The translations under genes were made by a program, and so were the position numbers. Below are positions 47,011-62,200 of a stretch of DNA of 64,000 nucleotides, in pieces. The stretch lies in the NCBI RefSeq assembly GCF_009914755.1, contig NC_060941.1. One strand, written 5' to 3'. The stretch is from the human T2T-CHM13v2.0 reference genome, Homo sapiens. The notes beneath the pieces are model-generated. The model saw only the letters and a program-made list of their open reading frames with translations. It was not told the origin of the DNA and did no database searches. Within the stretch, counting starts at the first letter, position 1. Each line of letters opens with the position of its first letter.

Positions 47011-47877
47011 GACAGGAGCGCTGTGTTGCCAAGGGAGTGAGAATCTATAAAGACTCCAAGCCCAGAAGTCTATGCTGATGGCCCCCAGGGGAGAAAAATA
47101 ATAACAAGCAAGTCAGCTCAATCCTCACTGCCCTTCTTGGCTGGCAGCAACCCTGGCCCACCCCGGGCTCTCCTGTCTCAGGGCCTCCCTTCCTAGGGCT
47201 GGGGATGGGGGCGGCGGGGGCATCTTCTTTTGGCCAAAATAAGCTTGTCAGAGACTGTGGCTGCCGGAGGTCAGGGAGCAGGTTCTACTCCCCTCCCAGG
47301 GGGATTATGCCCCTAAGGAGGCAGAAGCGGGGCAGGAAGACAGGGCAGAGGGTGGAGGAAGGGAGGGTAAAAGGAGCAGGGGGGAGACGAAAGAAGGGGA
47401 AAGAAGAATGAGGAAGAGAGATGCGGAAGGCAGAGAATGGGTGAAGGGGGGGCAGGGAAAGGGGAGAGAAAGAAAGGAAGGAGCAGGGAGAGGGGTGAGG
47501 GAGAGGTGTGGGAGGAGGGAGAAAATGGGGGAGGAGGGGGAGTGAAAAACTGTTAAGGTGGCAGCTGTGGCTATTGGTTTCTTTCCTCTCTGTCTTCCAC
47601 GCCTCCACCAGGGTCTGCTTCTCCCAGAACAGATCTGACTCCCACCCTTCGTCTGGGTAAAGCCCCAACCTGGAAAAGTCCAGGGCAGCCCCTCACCACC
47701 TGCTTTGCCCTTATAGCCTCAACTCTCACTTCTTTCCCACCTTCTTGCCCTTGCCCAAACTGCTCTCTCTCCCTGAATTACCCTTCCACTGTCCTCCTGA
47801 CCACCCCCAGGACCCCCGAAGTCTCAGCTCAGCAGTGACCTTCCTCTGGATGTTCAGACAAGTTTTATTCAAGCAAC

Positions 47878-48157
47878 TTTTTTTTTTTTCCCCAAGATGG
47901 AGTCTCGCTCTGTTGCTGGAGTGCGGTGGCTCAATCTCAGCTCACTACAACCTCCGCCTCCCAGGTCAAGAGATTCTCCTTCCTCAGGCTGGGGTTACAG
48001 GCACCCACCACCACACTCGGCTAATTTTTGGTATTTTTAGTAGAAACGAGGTTTCACCATGTTGGCCAGGCTGGTCTCCAACTCCTGACCTCAGGTGATC
48101 CACCAGCCTTAGCCTCCCAAAGTGCTGCGATTACAGGTGTGAACCAGTGAGCCCGCC
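47878..48157 (-). mobile_element. AluS with several short deletions
   Basis: Antisense Alu. Confidence 0.9.
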
Positions 48158-48160
48158 AAC

Positions 48161-48318
48161 TTTTTTTTTTTGAGATGAGGTCTCACTAGACTCCTAGACT
48201 CCTTGCTAGACTCCTAGACTCCTAGAGACTAGACTCACTAACTCCTAGATTCAAACAATCCACCCACCTCAGCCTCCCAAAGTATTGGGATTACAGGCAT
48301 GAGCCACCATGCCAGGCT
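48161..48318 (-). mobile_element. FLAM/AluJ monomer with internal ctagactc tandem array
   Basis: tgagatgaggtctcacta...cctcccaaagtattgggattacaggc; TSD tattcaagcaactt flanks both this element and the previous Alu. Confidence 0.85.
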
Positions 48319-50993
48319 ATTCAAGCAACTTCTCCAATGAATCATGATCTCTCAATCAGGTGCTCCTCTGGGTTGGGGACCACATTTTCATGGCCTGTTT
48401 CCCCACCCCTACCACCCCCTCCACACCCAGCACAGGCCCATGGTAGTCCTCAGCAGGTGCTGGTGATGCTGGCAATGACAGTGATGTGCAGAAGACCGCC
48501 AAAGAGGCTTAGGTCCCAAGAAGCACTTTTTAAAATGGCCGCTATATACCCTATGCTTTGTTTATGAGCATCTCAACATGGCATCCTCTGTGACTGGAAC
48601 TTGGAGCATCTCTTCGTCACTCCCGTCTTGTATTCCAAAGTGGCCCATTCCCCCTCTCTAACCATCTCTCCCCATGTGGTGTATGCACCTGAATGTCCAG
48701 GAACTTGGGCTCCCTGACATCCAAATTGGCCTTGAGAATAGATCCCCCCAACCCCTAGGACAGGAGCCATATTATTAGTCAGAATTATTTGCGTTGGCCA
48801 TGACAAAAACCCAAGACAAATTGACTGAAGAGGAAGAAAAAAAAAGATGACAGGATTTATTGACTCCCAAGGCTGGGCTTTCAGAGCAGTTGAATCTAAG
48901 GACCCAAGTAAAGTCATAGGACTTAGTGGATCTTTTTCTTTACCCCCACCCTGCCATCTTGTGGCTCCTATTTCCTTCTTAGTGGCTTCAATCCCAAAAT
49001 AGGAGCCTTTCATACCATGGCCCCCAGAAGCCTAAGGATTTGGTTATCCCATTTCAGAAACTTCAACAGGGAGAGAGCACCGCATTCTCTGAATTCATGG
49101 CACAAGTCCCAGGTGTGACTCTCATTGGAACAACTTAAGTCACATGTCCCTCCCTGGACCAATCACAGTAGCCAAAATGATAAGCTCTACTAATTGGCCA
49201 GATCATATGAGCATCTTTGCAGCCGAAGGGTGCTCCCCAAAGGAATACCAAGATGTTAACATCAGGAGGTGAAAACATGGATGTTGGGCCAGCTAAAACA
49301 ACAGATAACCACTGCAAGAACAAATCTTACTGGTGCCATTTATGGAGATTCTTAGAGGGAGGTGGCTGGGAAGACACTGTGTGTTAGGGATGAAAGGGTA
49401 GAGACAAACTAGGATCAGAAACAAGATCTCATCAGATCTTGTACAAAGGTGGAAGGTGTGGAGCAATGGAACCAGGCAAGTAGTAGACAAGCCGAGCAGG
49501 TGACCAAGGAGCAGGACCTCCCAATAGGTAAGGGGGCAGGGCAAGGCGGCAAGAACTCCAAGCCAAATTCTGTCCCAGTCCGGAAGTCAATGATACAATT
49601 CCTGGGGAGTCAGTAGCCTATCCTGGGCTCAGCCTACCTCCTGCCTCCAAGTGGGAGAGGCTATGCTATGCCTCTTGTTAGAAAAAGTCGAGGCATCAAA
49701 GCAGTTCTAGATGGGGGTGGAGGTGGTTTGCAGAAATGTCCACAAACTCTGCTTGAAGCAACGAAAGTCTTCACACATGGAGAAATTTATCCTGAAAAAT
49801 TATGAGATGCTCAGAACGCTTTATTTGGTCAAGAGAAGATGTCATCTATTGAAAGGAAATAAACCAAAATGTTATCAGATGGTATCTCCGGGTAGTGGGG
49901 ATTACAGTTGAATTTCTTTGTCTTTTTCATAATTCTATGTGTTTTCCAAATTTTCTACCATGACTATTTATTTTTGTGATCAGGAAAAATACAAATTGAA
50001 GGGGGGAAAACATCCTGAAACTGTTCCTATCAAATGCTGTATAAGCCAATCTTTCACGATCATAATCCACTTTTCCATTTATTTTATTTTCTCGCTGTGT
50101 CTCTGCTTCTCACCCTGGGTATCCCTCAGTCTGGATAATTGGCCTCTGGCTGCCTGGAAGCAGTGGCTGAAGCAGTCCTATTCCCTAAAGTGAGGTTGGG
50201 AGGGGGCCCTGCTTCTCCCAGCTGAGGCTGGGCCAGGAAGCCCTAGCAATGGTTCCCACTGAGCCCGGCTGCTGCTGATGAAATAGGACTCAGATGTCCA
50301 GCAGCTGTGACCCTCCCCAAGCTTGGATCCCTCCCCCTCCTCTCACCTCCTGGGCTTCTTCAGGCAGGATGAATGAACAACAAAGGCCTTGTGGCCAACT
50401 CAGCCATGCCAAGAAATGGGTGTCATCTGGAGGACGTGTCAGCCCAAACCTTTTATGTTGACAAACCATGTAGATCAGAAGACTAATTGCTTCTTGCTGT
50501 CTTCAGCCCGCCAAGGGCTCAACAATGATCCACAAATCATTTATAAATTGATGATCACAAATGACTTTACCCTAGTGGAACTAGACACCCACGCACCCAT
50601 TGCCTGATTGGGGATGGGATTTGAGACTTAATTTACAAACAAAGGTCCCAGCCAGGACAGGAAACCCTCCCCAAGAGTCAATAAGACCACTCCCACCCTC
50701 AAGCAACCCAGTAGTTAATTCCTTCCCTTGGAAAAAACATGGTGGACTCACACTCACAGGCCTGTGCCAGACTCGGAATCCCAGAGGAAAAGAGATTTTG
50801 ACAGCTAGTGGAAGACACAGCCTCCAGGCCAGTGGTCCAAAAGCCACGGAAGATTCAATGCTTTCAGTGCTTTATATTATCTCCCTGGAAATCTTTGGAG
50901 ACAGAGATTTCATAGTTTCTCCCAATGACCTACTGCAGAGTTTTATATCCTGGTAACTGAGATGGTTTTTGGAGGAACCATTGCATCTCCTGC

Positions 50994-51226
50994 TTTTCTT
51001 TTTTTTTTTTCTTTTTTTTTTGAGACGGAGTCTCGCTCTGTTGCCCAGGCTGGAGTGCAGTGGCGTGATCGCAGCTCACTGCAAGCTCTGCCTAATTTTT
51101 TGTATTTTTAGTAGAGACGGGGTTTCACCATGTTAGCCAGGATGGTCTCGATCTCCTGACCTCGTGATCCACCCGCCGCGGCCTCCCAAAGTGCTGGGAT
51201 TATAGGCGTGAGCCACTGCGCCCGGC
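50994..51226 (-). mobile_element. AluY with internal deletion
   Basis: gcaagctctgcct joined directly to aattttttgtattttt. Confidence 0.92.
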
Positions 51227-51641
51227 ATATCTACTGCTTTTCATCCTGTTTTGTCTTCCATGAGCATAGAGGGAAAGGCTCAGATCCTATCTTCATCTTC
51301 AGCTGGGCAAAGACAGGCAACTTGGATTTTCCAGTTTGGCCCAGGCTGGGTAGAAATGAAAACTAGAGCTGTGTGTAGTAGTCAGGAGAGAGTAAGTCCA
51401 AGAAAATCTGGCTTAGCCCGCTCAGGTTTGTGAAGGGAGGTAGGCAGGGGAAATGTAGTTACTGAGACAATTTGCAGGGAGGAGTGCTGATGTCTTGCAC
51501 GTGATAATGTAAGTTTCTCCTGGAAGTGATGCTTAAAGTTTTGTTTTTTGAAAAGCTGTCCTTTTCTTTTTCTGTTAGGATGGAGAAAATGACAGCTGTG
51601 ATAATTTCATCAGTCCAGAGATAGACAGCACTCTAGATCAC

Positions 51642-52700
<1,059 letters not shown>

Positions 52701-52770
52701 GTATTTTAAACAGAAAGTAAATTAATACAGAGAACCTGGCACTTTGAATTTTGTTTAAAGAGTCGACAGA

Positions 52771-53113
<343 letters not shown>

Positions 53114-53349
53114 TTAAATAATCACAATTTCGTTACAAATTAGAATGCAGGGAAATGAATGAAGGAAGTTCTGCAATGGAGAGGATCAGACGGTCACACA
53201 CATGGATCCCATAGTCAGAGAAGACCTCTGACATTCGAGACAAAACCTGAAGGCTAAAAGGAGACAAACGTAGGAAAGGGTAAAGGAGGGTGCGTGCCCA
53301 GCAGAGGGGCTGCATACACAAAGCTCCTGAGCAGCAGGTCACTTTAGGG

Positions 53350-53688
53350 CAGTGGACCCCAACCTTTTTGGCACCAGGGACTGGTTTCGTGGAAGACAAT
53401 TTTTCCATGGACGAGGGCGGCGTGGGAGAGATGGTTTGGGGATGAAACTGTTCCACCTCAGATCATCAAAGCATTAGATTCTCATAAGGAGCACACAACC
53501 TAGATCCCTCGCATACGCAGTTCACACACAGTTTGCACTCCTGTGGCGATCTAATGTCACCGCTGATCTGACAGGAGGCAGAGCTCAGTCATGCTCCCTA
53601 GCCCGCCGCTCACCTCCTACTGTGTAGCCTGGTTCCTAAAAGGCCACAGCCCAGTACAGGTCTGCAGCCCAGGGGCTGGGGACCCCTG
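53350..53688 (+). mobile_element. MER1B hAT-Charlie element
   Basis: ccccaacctttttggcaccagggactggtttcgtggaagacaa...ggggacccctg; 8-bp TSD ctttaggg/gtttaggg. Confidence 0.9.
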
Positions 53689-53971
53689 GTTTAGGGGAAC
53701 AAGAAGGTCAGCCTGGAGGGAGCACAGAGGATTTGTTTTCAAAACTAGGCATTGGATGAGGTGGAGGAGGCCCTGTTCAGGGGCCGTGGTTCTACCTGAG
53801 GCAGACCCTTCTAAAACACTCCCTACACACACGTCTCCTGAGCTGCCAGACCTAAGGTCCTATACCGATTCTCCCTGTTTGGGCCCAGAGACTGTACCAA
53901 GCAGGCGGCCTGCTCCCTGGGATAATTCTGGTAATAGACAACATTTATCAAAATGCCTTTCTTTTTTTTCT

Positions 53972-54154
<183 letters not shown>

Positions 54155-55584
54155 TTTTTTTTTTTTTTTTTTTTTGCTGGTGGTGGTTGTTTGTGTTTGT
54201 TTTTAAACCAAGTCACCACTACCCACTTCCTGAGACAAATCATGGAGTAGAGTCTACTCATATCAGATTTCTAAGAAATACAGTTGAGAAAGTGAGATAA
54301 TAACCACTAAGAAGGACGTAAAGCATTCTTTTGATCCTTCTGTGTAATTTGGGGTGTTTCTATACAACTACATTATCTACTAAAGGTAAAAAAAAAAAGG
54401 GAGAGGAACATTTTTCTAAACCCTAAAACAAAAACAACTTTACCTGATTATTCAAGTAGACTGTAATATTTTCTCGGGGGTAATTGCCAATTTCCTTCTT
54501 TTTGACAGCATGATGATGACCCTAAAATTTTCTAGAGTGGGGAGAATAAAATGGGATTTTCCCCCCAAAATCCAACATTTCAGACTCTTTCACACAAACT
54601 GCCATCCTGGCTGCGAGCCCATAGAGAATTTCCAAGTACTGTAAGGCCCTGGGCTTGATAAAGAAAAATTTACAGATGCTTTGTGGCCAAAGGCTGCCTC
54701 CAGCAGCAAGTCTGTTTCCAAATAAAGCAAGCTGCAAACCCACTCTCCCACTGCCTTGGGCAAGAGAGCAGACGGCAGCCCCCAGGTGGTACAGCAGGAA
54801 GGCTGTGAGGGTGGATTCCACACGAGGAGCAAATGGTAACAAGTGGGTGAGACCCTCACCCATGTCACTATCACAGCCACTCTAGACAGAGGACTCACGT
54901 ATTATCCTCATTGAACAAACGAGGAAACCATGGCTCCCTACGCGGCCCAGCTGCGAGTGGACTCAAACCCAGGTCTGCCCGACCCACAGCCTGCTCTTGA
55001 CCTCTGATCATCTGGTTAAGAATTAATCAGATAAATAAGGCAGCAACATAGGGAAAAGCCCAGGAAGTGAAGGCGAAGTTATGTGATTTGAAGCTAGAGA
55101 TGAAAAACAGGAAGATCGGGGGGGATTAAGGCAACAGGACGCTGGTGTGCACATGAGTCCCCTGGAGAGGCGGGAAACACGCAGGTCCCGTCTAGCCAAT
55201 GGAATGGGGTGAGCCTCTGCCTCTCTCAGGCTCCCACGTGAGTCCACTCCATGGTCCTCAGACCACACTAGCAAGAGCCTGGGGGAGGGAGGGAAAGGTT
55301 TCTGGAAGAGTTAGGTCTTAAATTATTTGGGGACAAGGAATAGAGAAGCTGACAGCCCAAGCCATGGGTTTTAGCATTTTCTCTGGAGGCACAAATCCCT
55401 TTAAGAATCACATAAAAAATATAGACCCTTGCCTCAGAGGAAGGCATGCGCAGGTGATACTGTGAACAGTTTCAAGGGCTCTCAACTCCCAGAAGCACAT
55501 CCACATGGGATTAGGAGGCCCTAAGTGTTAATATGACAGAGAAGCACAAAAATGGGCCCCTCTTAGAACAGGCAGAAATATACA

Positions 55585-57170
55585 GTTCCAAAATATATAA
55601 GAGCTCCTACAATTCAATAACAAGAAATCTAATAGCCCAATCTTTTTTTTTTTAATTGGAGATGGAGTCTCACTGTGTTGCCCAGTCTGGTCTTGAGCTC
55701 CTGGGCTCAAGCGATCCCCCAACTTTGGCCCCCAAAGTGCTAGGATAACCCAATCTTTAAACGGGTTAAAGACTTTAATAGACATTTCTCGGCCGGGGGC
55801 GGTGGCTCATGCCTGTAATCCTAGCACAGGATTGAGAGGCCGAGGTGGGGGAATCACCTGAGGTCAGGAGTTCAAGACCAGCCTGGCCAACATGGTGAAA
55901 CCCCGTCTCTACTAAAATACAAAAATTAGCCGGGCATGATGGCAGATGCCTGTAATCCCAGCTACTCAGGAGGCTGAGACAGGAGAATCGCTTGAACCTG
56001 GGAGACAGTGGTTGCAGTGAGCCAAGATCACACCAGTGGACTCCAGCCTGGGTGTCTGAGCAAGACTCCATCTCAAAAAAAAAAAAAAAAAAAAAAAAGA
56101 CATTTCTCCAAAGACACACAAATGGCCAACATGTATTTGAAAAGATGCTCAGTGTCACTAACCATCAGGGAAATGCAAATCAAAATCATGATGAGGTATC
56201 ATCTCATACCTATTAGGATGGCTATTATCACAAAAAAACGAGTGTTGATGAGGATGTGGAGAGATTGGAACTCTTGTATACTGTTGGTGGGAATGCAAAG
56301 TGGTGCAACCACTGTGGAAAACACTTCGGAGATTGCTCAAAACATTTAAAATAGAGCCGCCATATGATTCAGCAATTCCACTTCTGGGTATTTATCAAAA
56401 ATCATTGAAATCAAGTTCTTGCCAGGTGTGGTGGCTCACGCCTGTAATCCCAGCACTTTGGGAGGCCAAGGCAGGTGAAATACTTGAGGCCAGGAGTTCA
56501 AGAACAGCCTGGCCAACATGGCAAAACCCCATCTCTACTAAAAATACAAAAAATTAGATGGGCATGGTGGCGGGCGCCTGTAATCCCAGCTACTCGGGAG
56601 GCTAAGGCAGGAGAATCACTTGACCCCAGGAGGCGGAGGTTGCAGTCCATTGCACTCCAGCCTAGGCGACAGAGTGAGACTCCATCTCAAAAAAAAAAAA
56701 AAATAGAGATGATCAAGGTCTTGAAGAGATATTGGCACTTCCTTTTTTATTGCAGCATTATTCACAATAGCCAAGATGTGGAAATGACCTAAGTGTCCAT
56801 CGATGGATTCGTGGATAAAGAAAATGTAATATAAATACACAATGGAATACTATTCAGCCTTAAAAAAAAGAGTAAAATCCTGTCATTTGTGACAACACGG
56901 ATGAACCTACAGCACATTGTGCTAAATGAAATAAGCCAGGCACGGATTGACAAATACTGCAGGATTCCAGTTATATAGGTATCTAAGTCAACTTTGCAGA
57001 ATTAGAGAGCCAAATGGTGGTTGTCAGGGGCTGGAGTGAGGGGGTAATGAGTTGCTGGTCAATGTGCGTAAAGTCTCAATTATGCAAGATAAATAAGTTC
57101 CAGAAATCTTCTGTGCAACACTGTCCCTATGGTTAACAATACTGTATTGTATACTTAAAAGTTTAAGAGG
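55585..57170 (+). mobile_element. L1MA/L1MB 3' region interrupted by FLAM (55643-55747, -) and Alus (55791-56098 and 56421-56703, +)
   Basis: cagggaaatgcaaatcaaa, cagcaattccacttctgggtat, caatactgtattgtatacttaaaa. Confidence 0.85.
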
Positions 57171-57780
<610 letters not shown>

Positions 57781-59204
57781 GAATGAAAACAGGAGATAGA
57801 AACATGAGTGATCAACTAGTCCAGTTCTCTCTCACAAATGCACCTTAGAAGATGCCAGAAACCCGCTCATGGCACCCAGAGGGTGGTGGTGCTGGGCCTT
57901 CAGTCCAGTTTGTCTGAGGCCCAAGCCCCAACCTCATCACTCTCCTCAATCAAGAGGCCTGAAGATAGAGATGAAAAGCCATCCACAAACCCCAATCTTC
58001 ACCACACACAATAGGTTGCATCTCTTCATCCTTTTGTCTTGGAAAGAAGTTTACAATTCGGAAAGTGTTGGACACCCTGGTATGAACCCCCATTCCAGCC
58101 AGGAGGGGAGGGCACAGCACCTGCATGGTTAGGGACAAGTTCAAGGCATCAGAGCTCCTCCAGCCTCTTGCCAGATGCCCTCACATCCTCGCCTTCTCAG
58201 AGGGTAACTCAGGACTCTCCCAGCAGCCTTGACAACTCCTACTACTGCCACCACTCCGAGGCTACTGGGTTCGAGTCCATCCCTACCCCGCATGGCCAGA
58301 ACCCTGGCCTTTCTCTATGCTGCCGGCCTGACGCCAGTTGGCAGCAGGAAGAACAAGCCAAGCAGATCCACTGCAGACCACCGAGTTCATTTCATGAAAA
58401 CTCAGCACACAAGAAGTCAAGTCCAACTGCAGTTACAGATCCTCTGTTTTTAAAAAGGGTTCTTCCTAGGACTCCACTAAAAAGACCTGCTTTCCCAGAT
58501 CTAAAGTATGGCCTGGCATGCAGGCCAAGTGCTCAGGATACAGGGAGGGCACGTTTGTTGAGCGGGCAACTGCCTGCCGAGGTCCTTGGCCACATAAGCA
58601 CACCTGTCCACCGAGCGGTGCAGAAGCTGCCTGTGTCGCCTCCTCCTGAACCACCTCCTTGCTATGTTCCCGACACCTGACCGGCCCTGAGCCTGATGGC
58701 TCACGATAAAATACTGATAGGATTAATAGTCAGCCTTGTTGATCAGCTCCCAGAATGGGGAGGGTGCCTGGCTAGCTTTGATCTCTAAGTCCATTGGCCC
58801 CACGTGGACATTCCAGGTCTATGAAACCATCTGCTGAACGGCTTTCATGTCGGAGACACCTGTTGAAACTCCTGGGAGGGCCTCCTCTCATCCCCTGGTC
58901 CCCTGCACCTACCTGGCCGGACTGGAGACAATCTGCCCAGGAGGAAGAGGCTGAATGGAGGTGTTACAGGGAAGAGGACCCCCAAAGGAGATGTCATCTA
59001 CAGCCTGCTCCAAGGCAAGAAAAGCCTCAGCCAGTAGCCAGGTGATTTGAATAAATGGCTTTACAAAACCTCCAGGTGGGTCCAGATCAGGTCAGGGCTC
59101 AAGGTCAGAGACGGGCTTGGGCAAGGTAGGAAATCAAGCACAGATGTCTACACACAAAAGGGCCCCTCGGCCCTGTTCCCACCCTGGGGATTCAAAGACG
59201 AGGC

Positions 59205-62200
59205 CAGTGTTTTGAAAAATATAAAATTTTAATAAAGGCTACATCTCTTAATTACAATAATTATTGTACCAAGTAATTTTCCTTAAATGAACTCTTTATA
59301 ATGCATAATTTACAGTATAAGTAGAACAAAATGTCATGACAAAAGTCATTGAGTACAAGACTTGTAATAAAAAGGCATAAAATATATTTATACATAAACC
59401 CCTTTCAAAAAACAAGGGAAAGCTTGAGCCCTCAATATAGGGCGACACACGGAGCGGGTGACCGTGCAGGTACAGGTACTGTACTGATTTAAAGTCAAGC
59501 ACTAGAGATAGTGGATTAATACTCTTTTGCCGTACACTATATACAGATGTATAGTACAAGTAACAATGGCAAACAGAATGTACAGATTAACTTAACACAA
59601 AAACCCGAACTTCAAAATGAAGGTGTGTGGAGGAAAGGTGCTGCTGGGTCTCCCTACAACTGTTCATTTCTTTGTGGGGCAGGGGGTAGTTCCTGAATGG
59701 CTGTGGTCCAATGACTAATGTAAAACAAAAACAGAAACAAAAAAAACAAGGAACTGTCATTTCCACGAAAGCACAGCGGCAGTGATTCTAGCAGGCCTCA
59801 GGGCCCTGGGCCTGGGGAGGCTACATGATGGGGAGCCTCAGTCACAGGATCAACCTGGGGCCCGAAGGAGCAGGGTTCCCTGCCTCTCCCTCTGCAACAG
59901 ATCATCCCATCCAACACAACCCCCAAAATGTTGATGATGACGCAACATGGTCAACCCTCAAGACCTTTAAGACAAAACAGAGCAGCATAGGAAAAAAAAA
60001 AACAAAACGCACCAATTTCTGCATGTGTCAATGGTAGGGCACCATTTTAAAAAGTCTGTCTAAAACAGTCTGTCTTCACTTGGAGGGACGTAGTGCAAAG
60101 CATAATTCCTCTGTTAGTGAAGAAACCATGAACGCACTCCTAGCTCAACTCCTAAGTTTAGTCAGAACAATTAAAACTTCCTGTCTCCCCCTTCCAAGTT
60201 TAAAGCAGCATATCCATAAACTGGGGATGGGGGAAATCAACTGTTCTATAAATATCAGTAAGGATTCCTGTTCAGGTAAGCTATACACAGTTTCTCTTAG
60301 TTTATGGATTTCAGATCCCTAGGAAGTCATATATTATGTATGGCAGTCTCTCAAATACAGGCAGCATCTTCAATAGCCAAGAGTGGTCATGTTTTTAATA
60401 AATAGTTCAGGCTTTTCTTATCTCAGTCAGTACCCAGCTCATGAATCATGAAAATCAACCTCCCCCCGCCCTCCCGAAGGCCCACTGGCCGATTCTTCCT
60501 TAGACTTTGTCTTCTTCATTGGTTTAATTTTCCTTCAAAATGTTTTGTCGCAGTTGCTCACAGCCAAGACAGTTCACAAGAGCTTCGGGCTCCAACAGTT
60601 CACCAAAGCCAGACCCCAGGGCTCAATCGATCCGCTCCACTTTGCCCAGAATCCGGCCTTCATACATCGGGAGCACCGTCTCATCCTCCCAGATCTCCTC
60701 AAACACCGCTCCACAGGCAAACTCATCGCTTGCTTTTTTGAAGTAATACCTTAAAAGGAAAACCAAAAAAGCTTCTTGGTAAACTGCATTTTCCACATTG
60801 TTGAAAAGAAAAGCATACCAACATGGAGGACTGAGGTATCCTAGGAATTTGCTATGGCAGGTGTGCCTGTACACTGTTGCGCACATCTGCTTTAAGACGG
60901 CAGCTGGGACTGGCCACACCACAAGAAGCAGGTGGGCCGAGATGATGAAGGCCAGGCACCCACTGAGCAGCAGCCTGGGCTGGGCCTGCCACCTGCAATC
61001 TTCAACCCAGCACCTCTGCTGTCTCCTGACACGTATACACTGTGAAAAGCAGAGCTGCTTTCCCCCCGCCAACCTTTTTCAGCAGTGGGGTGGGGGAGGG
61101 AAGGGAAGGACAAATGCCTGCAGTTCCTTTGCAGCAGGAGCCAAGCAGGTCCTTCAAAGAGACTCCAGACTATCTCCAGGTTCAGCCATCCTGAACCCAT
61201 CACACCTGGAGAGCCGGAACCTGCCGAAGTCTGTAAAAGGCTGACTTCCAGATGGTTTAGCAGTCCAAAGGCCTCTCGGCCTTCCCATCCTCCAGGTCCC
61301 AAGTGCAACACTCCTGGATGGCCCTGGCACAGCCACACAGGAGGCAAGCCAGCCCAGCGCAGCTTCCCAGGGCCGAACAGACGGCACTGGCCCCATGATG
61401 CCCTCCCCTCTTCTCCCCATTTCCAGGCCTCTTCTCCCATCCCATCCCTCCAGGGTCAAACACCAAAGGCCCTTCTATTATGCCCGTTGATTAAAGGCTC
61501 CTTTCATCCCTCCCCAGCGTTCTTTCTTCTGAGGCTGTTTAATTGTACAGATGCAAATGCCTGGCCTCTCAGGAGTGCCACATTCGGAAACAACTGCTGT
61601 CCTCTTGGGCCAGGCCCACCCCCAAACCCCTTCCGAGGAAATTAAGCAAGGGCCTCTTCCTTCCCTGTCCCCAGCCAAGGGAGACCCCTCAGAGGGATTA
61701 AACTTGCCCCTGCAAGCTGTCATTTCCAGCCCATAAAGGCCACTCACAGAGGGAAGGTCACAGTCCCCTGGGGGGATGGGAGAACCTTTCAAGCATTTAA
61801 TTGTGTCTCAGGGTTATGGTTGGGCTTTGTCTTTTCCCTTTAAAAAAAAAAAAATTAACTCCCCTTGGTTAGAGCTCAATTTTTTCCCTCTTTAATAAAG
61901 GCAAGCCAAATACTTTCGTAGGAGATAAGGCTAAATACAGTGAACAGCTGGGTTTAGTCAAGGTTCTTTGTTTTTAGCATTCCTGACCCAGCTAATGCAG
62001 TGGGGTGAACAACGGCATGGCTCTGACTAGGCAGCACTGAAGACACGTCATGTCAAGGGGTCAAAATTCTCGGGGGAGCGTGAGAGGAGACAGTGAGAAA
62101 ATGGGGAGGGGCTCTGTGCACAGGAGACTCAGGACAGTGGGGGGAAAAGTCACTTCTCCACATAAGAGGCTCAAATCCCAACGCCACCCTCCGTCAGACC

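Noticed and set aside
58039-58680. 213-aa ORF
   Set aside because: Non-ATG start, no recognisable domain, no promoter or splice support
60832-60838. let-7 7mer-A1 seed match on the minus strand
   Set aside because: A single 7-mer in 4.8 kb is not significant without conservation data
60623-61645. 149-186-aa ORFs on both strands
   Set aside because: Overlap in several frames in GC-rich UTR-like DNA and resemble no protein family I recognise
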